Notes under the pieces: generated by a model | Database searches by the model: none | What the model was told of the DNA's origin: nothing | The model's input: only the letters and a program-made list of their open reading frames with translations | Shown: in pieces, positions 18,744 through 28,362 of the stretch | How positions within the stretch are numbered: the stretch's first letter is position 1 | How the letters are laid out: every line of letters starts with the position of its first letter | Program-made: the position numbers and the translations under genes | Origin: Candidatus Thorarchaeota archaeon | GTDB lineage: Archaea; Asgardarchaeota; Thorarchaeia; Thorarchaeales; Thorarchaeaceae | Reading direction: 5' to 3' | Assembly: GCA_016933575.1 (NCBI GenBank) | Contig: JAFGAR010000101.1 | Location: forward strand, 1-64,000 | Length of the DNA: 64,000 nucleotides

Positions 18744-19732
18744 TCCTCAATCCTCCTGCCGGTGAGTTTTAGGAAGACATCGTCCAATGTAGGTTCTTTT
18801 ACCTCAAAATGCTCAACTTTGATTCCTTGTGTGGTATGCATGAGGTTCAGTAATTGATAGGCAAGTTCGTATCCATCCTGAGCTGTGACGATGAGGTTAG
18901 AGTGTCCATTCCTTGTATCGCACGTAGCTGAGATGACCATGTCCATTGACTTGATCTGGTCAAGATCTGGAGTACCAACTAGCTTCATGTGGAGACTGTC
19001 ATAGTCCCTGACTTCCTCTTTGAGCTCATGAGGTGTTCCCAGACTCTTGAGGTCTCCCTCGTTTATCAGAGCAATCTTGTCACAGAGCATATCTGCCTCA
19101 TGCATGTAGTGCGTTGTGAGAAGGATTGTCCTATCCCTAAGTTTCTCCTTGATGAACTGTCGTAGGTCTGTGGCAAAGGTTGGATCAAGTCCTTGAGTTG
19201 GTTCATCGAGAAGTAAAATTGGGGGGTCGTGCAGAAGAGACCGTGCGAACACGATCTTCATGCGCATTCCATGAGACAGGTTCTCTGTCTTCTCATCAGC
19301 CTTCTCAAGGAGTCCCATCATCCCTAGGAGTTCATCTGCTCTGTCTTTAGCCTCGTCATGGGTCATTCGATAGAGCTTTCCAAAGAAAATCAGATTCTCA
19401 CGGGCGCTCAACTTCCAATAAATAGAACGTTCATTTCCTTGACATACACCCATGGATGCTCTAGCGTATGTAGACTCCTTGAGGACATCATATCCATTCA
19501 CTCTAGCGGTCCCTGAGGTTGGAAGGACCAGTGTTGCAAGGCATTTTATCAGCGTAGTCTTCCCCGCCCCATTCGGTCCCAAAAGGCCGTAGATCTGACC
19601 TCTCGGTATGTCCAACGAAACCGACCTTAATGCCTCTACTTTTGTCTTTTCGACAGGGACCACGATTGCTCGCCTTCTGATACTAATGAAGGTCTTCGAA
19701 AGGTCTGTTATCTCTACAGCATTTTGATTCAA
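18740..19732 (-). CDS. ABC transporter ATP-binding protein
   Basis: GPNGAGKTT, LSHGM, LLLDEPT, TTHYM; GGAGGT RBS. Confidence 0.95.
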   Translation of the reverse strand: MNQNAVEITDLSKTFISIRRRAIVVPVEKTKVEALRSVSLDIPRGQIYGLLGPNGAGKTTLIKCLATLVLPTSGTARVNGYDVLKESTYARASMGVCQGNERSIYWKLSARENLIFFGKLYRMTHDEAKDRADELLGMMGLLEKADEKTENLSHGMRMKIVFARSLLHDPPILLLDEPTQGLDPTFATDLRQFIKEKLRDRTILLTTHYMHEADMLCDKIALINEGDLKSLGTPHELKEEVRDYDSLHMKLVGTPDLDQIKSMDMVISATCDTRNGHSNLIVTAQDGYELAYQLLNLMHTTQGIKVEHFEVKEPTLDDVFLKLTGRRIED

Positions 19733-20026
19733 TTTTTAGTACCTCCCCAAAAAGTTGGGTAGATTTATCGGTGTTCGAAATTACTACTATTTATACTCAG
19801 GTCTTCCAAAACCCGAGTAAGAAAGAATTAATCGGGCATTTATTCCCGAATTGACAGTTTATCCACACGAAACACCTATCGTCGGGGGAACGCTCTTGGT
19901 ATATGAATATTTCCACTCATAGAAAATCAATGGCAAGCCTTTTCTTATAGTTCATCATTTGATAATATCACAAATTGAAAGCTTAATTCATAGTTAGGCT
20001 CATTTTGTAGGAGATGAATTGATGTT

Positions 20027-20416
20027 ATGACGGAAATTAAAAAACTTACAAAAATCGCACTTATAGTGGAAGCTGTTATTTTTCTCATATTTGGGACCAT
20101 GCAAGTCTTTCTATATGATATGACATTGAATACTGAGGGTTGGACAAATCCATTTCATGTAAGAGCTTTTGGGGGTATTTTGTATGTCGCTGCCCTTTTC
20201 GCAATTATAATGCTTCGCAAAACGGAATGGGAAGAGATCAAGTTGGCGTATATATTTTTGTTTAGCTTGTGTTTTCCGGTATTGGTTGTTGAAGCTGCAA
20301 TATTAGCAGTGCTTGGGTCAACATTTATGGCTGCCACGGTATCTCAGATGATCTTCGATTTGATTATAATTAGTGGAAAGGTAGCTCTTGGTATTGTCGC
20401 TTATTTTAGGCAGTAA
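20027..20416 (+). CDS. small 4-TM membrane protein
   Basis: 129-aa hydrophobic ORF, AT-rich. Confidence 0.75.
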   Translation: MTEIKKLTKIALIVEAVIFLIFGTMQVFLYDMTLNTEGWTNPFHVRAFGGILYVAALFAIIMLRKTEWEEIKLAYIFLFSLCFPVLVVEAAILAVLGSTFMAATVSQMIFDLIIISGKVALGIVAYFRQ

Positions 20417-20450
20417 GAATGATCCAATGTTTCAAACGACCAAATTTATG

Positions 20451-20480
20451 GATGGAGAGGTAGTCATCCACCTCTTCATC
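20451..20480 (+). terminator. AGAGGT/ACCTCT-family hairpin
   Basis: GATGGAGAGGT-8nt-ACCTCTTCATC. Confidence 0.55.
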
Positions 20481-20830
20481 TCTATATATTAGAATAAATT
20501 AAAATTTAATTCTTATTTCATAATAAAAATAAAACGTCACTCACCGCAGCATAGTTGTATGTCACAGAATGAGTAGGGACGGCTAGATAACCGGACGATA
20601 ACAGCTTTTTCTTCTAGTTCATTATTTGATATTTTCCCAAATTGAAAAATTAATCAACGATATTTATTTCCACGTATAGCTGATGCTTAGCATCCAACAG
20701 TTACAACTTGAAATATTAGCACAACCACACTTTAGACCTATTGATTAATTAATTATAGCGTAACAAATAAGATGGTTTACGTTGTGCTTTGACTCATTCC
20801 ACAATATCACAATTGAGTGAGGAGAGTTTT

Positions 20831-23800
20831 ATGGAAAGGACGCACACTATTGTATTAGCATTAACTTTTTTTCTTGTGGGAATGATGTTCTTCTCTGTTG
20901 ACACACCGATGGTTCTGAACCATCAAGAGGTCACACTGAGTCTACCATCTCCCCAAGAAGTAACACAGATTGCAGCTGGAGCCGATTCATCGGGGAACCT
21001 ACGAATTAATGTAATGGATAATCCTAGTTTTGAAGATTGGTCTGGTGTTCTACCAGCAGGTTATGATAATGGAATGGCAACAACTCACAATGTAGCAGAA
21101 TTCGACTATCAAGGACCTGGAGTCACTGGAACTTATGCTGGGCTTGTTGAAACTGAATCTTCAACCACAACTAATGGTTCTGGATTGATGAGTGCTGTGT
21201 TTCTACAATCAGATAATATTCTTATTGAACCTGGTATGTACTTATCGTTAGATTGGATTTCATTGGATAATCCTCTCTTTGATGATGGTGCGCATACATT
21301 CATCTCAATTTTCACTTCCAATGGAGGAAGTAAGCAGCGAAATTTCAAATACCTACTCTCTTCTAAAAATTCGTTTGCGAATACTTCAGATCAAGCCGTG
21401 TTCTACATTAATGATACAATCAATGCATGGCACCATTTCGATAGGAATATCACTGAGGACTATATCGCAGTGTGGGGATTTGGAGACCTTTCCACCAGTC
21501 AATATATGCAAACAGTAAGTCTCTGTGTTCATTCCAATGCTGGAGATGTAGGGGTCATCAGAGCGGCATTTGACAATGTGATTCTAACCAATGGCACATA
21601 CTCTGATTGGATTGAAAATGGAGATTTCGAAACTGGAACACAAGCATCTTGGTGGCCAAATGCGAACTCAAAGGGGTACTTGGAACAGAGTGTTGATAGC
21701 ATTCACGAAACCTATTCTTTGAACATGAGCGTTCCTGTTATAACAGGTGGACAGGGTAGTGTCTACACCAACAAGAAGTTTGCTTACCCCCAAAGTTACT
21801 TTGTTCCATCACCAGGTGTTACAACTCTTGAATTTGATTGGAAGTATAATGATACACCCAGCATGCTCTCTTCGCAATATGGTTTGATGCAAGTGTATCT
21901 CAGGAATAGTACCCAAACCTACATCATCGTCATCTACTTCGGAACATATAATGATGCTTTGTCAGTCACGAACTCAACTACTTACACATATTTCAAGATA
22001 CCCGGATTTGGTGTCAGAGATACCTGGCAACATGCAAGTCTTGATCTCTATGATTATACCAGTGCAGTTGGATTGACAAATGTATCTCTATATGATGTTA
22101 GATTCAATTTGTATAATGATGCTCAAGGAGCATCAGTCTTTCAATTGATTGATGACTTTCAAATCATCACTTACCCTTTGGGTGATCCTGGATTTGAAGA
22201 AGACTGGTACATGGATTCACTTACTCCATTTGCTGGTTGGGAAAATTATAATGGCAACACAGACACCATCAAGAGAACTACAGATGCACTTGAAGGAACC
22301 TACGCATGTAATTTCACAGGAGTTTACAATAATGTAATTGGTGTCCATCGTGATGATAATATCGCTGTGCACCCTAATGATCTAACTAATTTCTCATGGC
22401 GTATTGATGAAATTGGGAACGATGGTGCTTGGGCAATCATTCGAATCATGTATACAGATTTCAACTACGTAAATTATGTCCTAGGAGCAGGATCTAGCCA
22501 ACCTTTTACAAATGGAAGTAGTTGGTATACATACTTTGTTGAATCCTTCAATACAACTGGGGTATGGAATGTTATGAATCGGAATCTCACTGCAGACTAT
22601 GAGGAGGCATTCGGTTCATCGTCTGACATTGTTATTGATCAGATTATCCTCCGGTGTGCTGTGGATACAAATAATGGCTTGACCATTCTTTTTGATGAGA
22701 TGCATTTCATTGATGGAGCTCCACCGGTTGTAGACTCAGTTGACTTCCTACCTGCATCACCAATGTACTATGAAACAGTTGATGTAACAATATTTACCCA
22801 TGATGATAGAAGCGGAATCGCATCTGTCTACGTGGACTACTATAATGGTAGTTGGTGGAGTGTACCTGCAACTGATATGGGTGGATACTATTTTGCGACC
22901 ATTCCAAATCAAATGTTTGGAATCGTAGAGTTCCAAGTATCCGTGACAGATACTAGTGGAAATGTTGCAAAAGACGATAATGATGGTTCTCGTTATTCTT
23001 ACATGGTAGGTGATGATGTTGATCCGACATTGACTATCACTACCCCTGGGAACAACACAGACCAAGAGGGTCTCCTATCTATCACTGCTGATGCTGTGGA
23101 TCCAGGAGCTGGAATCATGTACGTCGTATTCGATCCTGATATGTATGGATCTGACTTTGACGATGAAGCACCTTATTCCTATGACTGGAACTTGGATATG
23201 GCAACATTGGGATTGCACTACATCGATGTGACAGCATTTGATAATGCTGGAAATCATGTGACTAAGAGACATTACTTCACAGTCGTCGATACAATTGATC
23301 CTGTATTTAGCATGAATTCCCACCTTGTAATAGAAGGAGGCTCAACTGGGTATTTTGCTGCTTGGCATCCCTCAGACTGGCGACCAGGAAGCTATGAGAT
23401 TTATGTTGATGAAGTTCTTACAAAGTCAGGAAACTGGAACTCGACTTTTGAAACTGTTCGTATCTCATTGGATGGGTTAGCATTAGGTTCACACAACTAT
23501 ACCTGTGTAGTCTATGATGATGCTGGTAATTCAGCTGTACAGGAGATCAGTGTTTCAGCCGTTGATTGGACGTGGCCCGAAATTGTTGGACAAGATGATT
23601 TTGCTTTCACCGAAGGTGAGACTGGTCTATCTGTCAATTGGAATGGAACCGACCTCTATCCTGATCACTATGTGATTTTGGAGAATGGGATTACTATTGC
23701 TGGTAATGACTGGAACTCGTCACTTGAAACCATCAGTTATTCTCTGGAAGGTTTGACTGCAGGAACCTACAACTACACCTGCGTGATTTACGATGGTACT

Positions 23801-24013
23801 GGGAATTGGATTGCAGATACAATCATCGTCACTGTTAATGCAGTCATAACAACTACAACCACAACAACTGCAACCACGACCATCACAACCACGACAACAA
23901 CCACAGTTGCACCTCCACCTGAGGATCCAACAATGCTAATGCTGATACTTGGTGTTGGAGGTATCGCGGTAGTTCTAGTCATTGTTCTAGTGGTGAGGAT
24001 GAAGAGAACATAG
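20831..24013 (+). CDS. large membrane-anchored surface protein, paralog 2
   Basis: signal peptide MERTHTIVLALTFFLVG, NPSFE/NGDFE/DPGFE repeats, Ig-like domains, poly-Thr linker, C-terminal TM; GAGGAG RBS. Confidence 0.82.
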   Translation: MERTHTIVLALTFFLVGMMFFSVDTPMVLNHQEVTLSLPSPQEVTQIAAGADSSGNLRINVMDNPSFEDWSGVLPAGYDNGMATTHNVAEFDYQGPGVTGTYAGLVETESSTTTNGSGLMSAVFLQSDNILIEPGMYLSLDWISLDNPLFDDGAHTFISIFTSNGGSKQRNFKYLLSSKNSFANTSDQAVFYINDTINAWHHFDRNITEDYIAVWGFGDLSTSQYMQTVSLCVHSNAGDVGVIRAAFDNVILTNGTYSDWIENGDFETGTQASWWPNANSKGYLEQSVDSIHETYSLNMSVPVITGGQGSVYTNKKFAYPQSYFVPSPGVTTLEFDWKYNDTPSMLSSQYGLMQVYLRNSTQTYIIVIYFGTYNDALSVTNSTTYTYFKIPGFGVRDTWQHASLDLYDYTSAVGLTNVSLYDVRFNLYNDAQGASVFQLIDDFQIITYPLGDPGFEEDWYMDSLTPFAGWENYNGNTDTIKRTTDALEGTYACNFTGVYNNVIGVHRDDNIAVHPNDLTNFSWRIDEIGNDGAWAIIRIMYTDFNYVNYVLGAGSSQPFTNGSSWYTYFVESFNTTGVWNVMNRNLTADYEEAFGSSSDIVIDQIILRCAVDTNNGLTILFDEMHFIDGAPPVVDSVDFLPASPMYYETVDVTIFTHDDRSGIASVYVDYYNGSWWSVPATDMGGYYFATIPNQMFGIVEFQVSVTDTSGNVAKDDNDGSRYSYMVGDDVDPTLTITTPGNNTDQEGLLSITADAVDPGAGIMYVVFDPDMYGSDFDDEAPYSYDWNLDMATLGLHYIDVTAFDNAGNHVTKRHYFTVVDTIDPVFSMNSHLVIEGGSTGYFAAWHPSDWRPGSYEIYVDEVLTKSGNWNSTFETVRISLDGLALGSHNYTCVVYDDAGNSAVQEISVSAVDWTWPEIVGQDDFAFTEGETGLSVNWNGTDLYPDHYVILENGITIAGNDWNSSLETISYSLEGLTAGTYNYTCVIYDGTGNWIADTIIVTVNAVITTTTTTTATTTITTTTTTTVAPPPEDPTMLMLILGVGGIAVVLVIVLVVRMKRT

Positions 24014-24026
24014 AACGTTTGTCGGA

Positions 24027-24050
24027 AAAGAGGTGGAAATCCACCTCTTT
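24027..24050 (+). terminator. AGAGGTGG/CCACCTCT-family hairpin
   Basis: AAAGAGGTGG-aaat-CCACCTCTTT followed by T-rich sequence. Confidence 0.65.
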
Positions 24051-24166
24051 ATCTCTTATTTATTTGATTCGATTCAAATCATATCAAAGAAGAAGGCACA
24101 ACAATTAAGAAGCACGGGGTTTATCGAAATAGAATTAACTCGATTAGAAATAATGAGGAGAGTTTA

Positions 24167-27094
24167 ATGGAAAGAAAGCACGCTATAGTGATAGCACTAA
24201 CTTTTGTACTCGTCGGACTCATGTTCTTCTCGGTGGACACTCCGCTGGTCACTCAGCGGAATGTAGATTCCTTGATTCATGAAGTCCCTGAAATTAATGA
24301 ACAGATTGCAGATGAACCCGTTCCTGTAGAACCACTTCGTCTGAACGTTGTTGAGAATTCAGATTTTGAGGCATGGGATTCTGTGAACAATAGACCTGAG
24401 GCATGGGGTGCACAAGCCAGTGCCTACCAGTACGCAGACAGAGCATACACTAGTGTTGTAGCTACTGGTAGTTATGCAGGTTATATCGAAGCTCAGGGAA
24501 ATGATGTCGGATACGCAAGTGCGTATCTTTACAGCAATCTTGGTTATACTACAACCACCTTGATAGAACCTGGTATTTCACTGAGTTTCAGTTGGAATAC
24601 CTTGGTAAATCCAGATATCCAAATTGGAGCAGAATCATTTCTCTATCTCCAAACTGATAATGGTGCTGGAACCGCCTACAATTTTTACTATTATCTATCC
24701 TCCGGAACTACCGGACCCGCGAACACATCTAATTATGCAAGAATAATGATAAATGAAACAGTCAACCAGTGGAACGTCTTTGACCGCAATATCACTGAAG
24801 ATATCCTTGACGTTTTCGGATCTGGTGTCCTTACAAGTGAAAGCTACGTTAGAGGACTCTGGTTCTATGCTAACTCACCAACAGGTGCAACAGATATGAT
24901 CAAAGTTGTGTTTGACGATGTTGTCCTATATAATAGCACATACGGTAGTTGGGTTGCAAATGGTGATTTCGAATCAGGTTCTGGGAATGGGTGGACAATA
25001 TACAATCTCTCTCATGGATATGTTACACAGTCCACTGTTCACACTCAAGGTGTTTACTCTCTCAATGTGAGTATTCCAACAATGACTGGTGGAAGTGGAA
25101 ACGCAAGATGTTACCAATCATTTCCAACTAACTATGGCTATCCTGTTCTTTATCCTAGAATGAACATAATAGAACTGGATTGGAAATACAATGATACTGT
25201 TGGCGCAGGTGTATCCCAGTATGCCTATCTCCGATTGAATTTCTACAACGGAACAACACACTATGTTCACTACTATTTTGGCTATGGAGATGACAATGTT
25301 CATGGTTCAAATTCAACCACAAATCACTATGTCAAAATGCCTGGTTTTGGAGTCAGGGATGTCTGGCAGCATTCTGAGATTGACTTGTATGAAGTGAGCA
25401 ACCAGATTGGACTTTACAATATGTCAATTGTGGAGATCAGTACCTATGCATACCAAGGTGTTGTGGATGCAGGTGTCGAGATTCTTGTTGATGATTTCAA
25501 GATGATGACATACCCAACAAGTGACCCAACTTTTGAGTATATTGAAAATTGGGGGCGATATGATCCGTTCACGGGATGGGGAAGATACTCTGGTTCTGGT
25601 GATGTGACCCAATCGACCGTAGCACATAGCGGAACATATTCTGCAAACATAACTGTGGAAAATGTAGAAGACGGAATCAATCGCAATCTACTCTATGCAA
25701 ACATAGATCCTGCCCTCTCAACAGATTTCTGGTGGCGTTTAGAAGATCTTCAAAATACTGGTACAGCATATGCCTACATCAATATGGAGTTTCTTGTATC
25801 TGGATTGAATAGGATCATTCGCTATGTACTTGGAAGCTCTCCCCCAACGACGCTAGATAACTCTTCAGGGTCAGTGAAGTACTTGATTGTTGATGGTTAT
25901 AATGAAACTGGAGTTTGGAATCATATGATTCGCAACATGACAGCAGATATCGAGGATGCATTTTCAACTTCTGCTGCTGATTGTTCACTATTCTATTTCG
26001 GTGTTCATGTGTATGCCGCAGCTGGTATGAGAACTTCACTCTTAGTTGATGACCTCAACTTAATAGATACGGAACCACCTTCAGTCAATTCTGTTTCGTA
26101 TGATGCGACACCCATGTACTATGAGGATGTTTTGGTTCGTGTATCCACAATAGATATACGACCTGGCGTATCTACAGTCTTTGTACTATACACAATAGAT
26201 AGCTGGTCTTCCGCTGATGTCAGCATCGGCGTATATGACCAGGGTGATTGGTACAACGCAATCATCCCTGCTCAAGTCTACAACACCCATGTAGATTTCT
26301 ATATTCAAGTTTCTGATGGTTGTGGCTTTGAGATAATAGATGATAATGGTGGTTTCTTCTACTCGTACACTGTAGGGGATGATATGGATCCAACATTGAC
26401 AATCACTAATCCTCTTAATAATACAGACCAATCTGGTCTACTGACTATCATAGCTGATGTTGACGACTCTGGTTCTGGTATAGAGTACGTCAGTTTCAAT
26501 CCTGATGGATCTGGACCAGTAGCTGATTACGCTGCTCCATATTCACAGAACTGGGATCTCGATGATGAATCTCTTGGTGCTCATTACATCATTGTCACTG
26601 CCCTTGACAATGAAGGAAATTCTGTTACTAAGACACACTACATCACTGTGGTCGATACTATTGCTCCTGTTATCGACTCACCTGCAGATATAGTGATGAC
26701 AGTAGGTGATACTGGTAATCAAGTGAATTGGAGTATCAGTGATTTGCGTCCTCATAACTTCACGGTCTTTGAAAATGGTGGGGTAAAGGTTAGTGGTGAT
26801 TGGAACGCAGAGAGCTACTTTGTCTTGATCTCTTTGGATACCTACGCAGTTGGTGAGTATAACCTTACTATTTTGCTATTCGATGATGGCGGCAATAGTA
26901 TCTCTGATACGGTGCTGGTTACAGTGAACGATGTTCCAGTAACAACAACCACAACCACAACTCCTACTACAACCGCAACTCCTCCACCTGGAAACGGCGA
27001 TCTATTAGTACCGCTTATCGTTGTTTCAGTGGTTGGGGTTGTCGGGATTCTTCTAATTGTCTTTGTAGTACTTCCAAAGATGAAGGCAAAGTAG
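24167..27094 (+). CDS. large membrane-anchored surface protein, paralog 3
   Basis: signal peptide MERKHAIVIALTFVLVG nearly identical to paralog 2; NSDFE/NGDFE/DPTFE repeats; poly-Thr linker; C-terminal TM. Confidence 0.82.
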   Translation: MERKHAIVIALTFVLVGLMFFSVDTPLVTQRNVDSLIHEVPEINEQIADEPVPVEPLRLNVVENSDFEAWDSVNNRPEAWGAQASAYQYADRAYTSVVATGSYAGYIEAQGNDVGYASAYLYSNLGYTTTTLIEPGISLSFSWNTLVNPDIQIGAESFLYLQTDNGAGTAYNFYYYLSSGTTGPANTSNYARIMINETVNQWNVFDRNITEDILDVFGSGVLTSESYVRGLWFYANSPTGATDMIKVVFDDVVLYNSTYGSWVANGDFESGSGNGWTIYNLSHGYVTQSTVHTQGVYSLNVSIPTMTGGSGNARCYQSFPTNYGYPVLYPRMNIIELDWKYNDTVGAGVSQYAYLRLNFYNGTTHYVHYYFGYGDDNVHGSNSTTNHYVKMPGFGVRDVWQHSEIDLYEVSNQIGLYNMSIVEISTYAYQGVVDAGVEILVDDFKMMTYPTSDPTFEYIENWGRYDPFTGWGRYSGSGDVTQSTVAHSGTYSANITVENVEDGINRNLLYANIDPALSTDFWWRLEDLQNTGTAYAYINMEFLVSGLNRIIRYVLGSSPPTTLDNSSGSVKYLIVDGYNETGVWNHMIRNMTADIEDAFSTSAADCSLFYFGVHVYAAAGMRTSLLVDDLNLIDTEPPSVNSVSYDATPMYYEDVLVRVSTIDIRPGVSTVFVLYTIDSWSSADVSIGVYDQGDWYNAIIPAQVYNTHVDFYIQVSDGCGFEIIDDNGGFFYSYTVGDDMDPTLTITNPLNNTDQSGLLTIIADVDDSGSGIEYVSFNPDGSGPVADYAAPYSQNWDLDDESLGAHYIIVTALDNEGNSVTKTHYITVVDTIAPVIDSPADIVMTVGDTGNQVNWSISDLRPHNFTVFENGGVKVSGDWNAESYFVLISLDTYAVGEYNLTILLFDDGGNSISDTVLVTVNDVPVTTTTTTTPTTTATPPPGNGDLLVPLIVVSVVGVVGILLIVFVVLPKMKAK

Positions 27095-27096
27095 TC

Positions 27097-27134
27097 GAAA
27101 AGAAGAGGTGGACCCTCCACCTCTCTCTTTTTTC
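27097..27134 (+). terminator. AGAGGTGG/CCACCTCT-family hairpin with T-tract
   Basis: AGAGGTGGA-ccc-TCCACCTCT followed by CTCTTTTTTC. Confidence 0.7.
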
Positions 27135-27202
27135 TGAAAAATTACTGAAAGGTTATCTTATTTCAAGACCACTATTCATTGAGAAACGGTTTGGTTAAAG
27201 AA

Positions 27203-27433
27203 ATGAGTGATGAGATTCAATGTTGTGATTGGTGTGGGAAACCTAAGGATGGTCCGTGTATCTTCAATCTCTATGGTGGACACTATTGCTCTCGTGGTTG
27301 CCTTATGGCAGATAGCGCTGTTTGGTCAATGGTGTCCTCAATCATAATACTAGCTCTGACAATCGAATTTGAAAGGTTACGCAAAATTGAGTATCAGCTT
27401 CATAATGCATGGTTTATTCCGATACTATCTTAG
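27203..27433 (+). CDS. small treble-clef (TRASH/FCS-like) zinc-finger protein with one hydrophobic helix, possibly truncated
   Basis: CDWC...YCSRGC. Confidence 0.45.
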   Translation: MSDEIQCCDWCGKPKDGPCIFNLYGGHYCSRGCLMADSAVWSMVSSIIILALTIEFERLRKIEYQLHNAWFIPILS

Positions 27434-27456
27434 GGGGGTTGAATTTCGAAACTGAT

Positions 27457-28362
27457 ATGCAAGTCACACCTGAGCTTTTGGTTGGAAGTCTAATTGGACT
27501 TCTTGGTTCTGCTTTATACGGATTCTCAGTTGTTGTGTACAGATCACAGGCTCACGAAATTCGCCCTATTGCGGTGAGTTCTATCAAGATGTGGGTTGCA
27601 CTTCCATTCATGGCTGTGATGGTCATTCTATTACCTGGTATCGATTCAATATTCCTCCCGTTGACAACTGTGGTCATACTTGGGATCTCAGTTACCTTGG
27701 GTGCAGTGATTGGTGATACTATCTACCTATGGAGTCAAGAACGGATTGGTGTATCATATGCATTTCCAATTTCAATGTCATTTCCAATAATCACATATTT
27801 CCTCACAGTTATATTCCTGGGCGAACCTCCAATTCTCTCACGACTAGCTGGAGCGATAATTGCAGTTATTGGAGTTGTTCTCCTGTCAAATGAACAAAAC
27901 AACCATCCAGAGGAAGGTGATAATCACCATAGACTTGACCTCTGGGGGATATTTGGTGCTATAATGACTGCAATTCTCTATGCAGTAGGAACTACTCTCC
28001 TTCAGGTTGGCATTGAAGGTGTAGATCCAGTTAGTGGTAGCTTTGTTCGAGTGTTCTTTGGTTCAATAGCGTTTATTCCCATGTTTGCTATAGCTAGTTC
28101 TCAGGGCATGAAACTTCCAACACGCAAAGCTGCAATTCGTGTCATAATTGCAGGATTCTTCGGCATGGCTGTCGGCTCTTTGCTCTACGTCACAGCGGTT
28201 GCTTCAGTGGGTGCAACTATTATGTCAGTCATTTCATCGACCGCACCTCTTTTCGCTATCCCAGTTTCAGTCTTCTTTCTAAAAGAGAAATTGACTCGAA
28301 TCACTGTCATTGGTATCTTTGCTACACTAGTTGGTGTGATTCTGGTCGTAGTAGGCCTCTAA
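27457..28362 (+). CDS. EamA/DMT family transporter
   Basis: two 5-TM halves with FLGE and FFLKEKL motifs. Confidence 0.9.
   Translation: MQVTPELLVGSLIGLLGSALYGFSVVVYRSQAHEIRPIAVSSIKMWVALPFMAVMVILLPGIDSIFLPLTTVVILGISVTLGAVIGDTIYLWSQERIGVSYAFPISMSFPIITYFLTVIFLGEPPILSRLAGAIIAVIGVVLLSNEQNNHPEEGDNHHRLDLWGIFGAIMTAILYAVGTTLLQVGIEGVDPVSGSFVRVFFGSIAFIPMFAIASSQGMKLPTRKAAIRVIIAGFFGMAVGSLLYVTAVASVGATIMSVISSTAPLFAIPVSVFFLKEKLTRITVIGIFATLVGVILVVVGL

Larger units (their letters stand above)
19937..20657 (+). repeat. imperfect ~54-bp direct repeat (19937-19990 and 20604-20657) flanking a small gene
   Basis: TTTTCTTaTAGTTCATcATTTGATAaTaTCaCAAATTGAAAgcTTAAT vs TTTTCTTcTAGTTCATtATTTGATAtTtTCcCAAATTGAAAaaTTAAT. 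Confidence 0.75.

Noticed and set aside
23845-23905. ACN-rich trinucleotide-like repeat (also near 26940)
   Set aside because: Encodes the poly-Thr linker; not an independent DNA repeat
13686-24013. Two surface ORFs both listed as exactly 1074 aa
   Set aside because: Coincidence of longest-ORF calling; RBS-supported starts (16847, 20831) give different lengths and the stalks differ
20831-27094. Diversity-generating retroelement acting on the surface proteins
   Set aside because: No reverse transcriptase and no TR/VR pair differing only at adenines was seen
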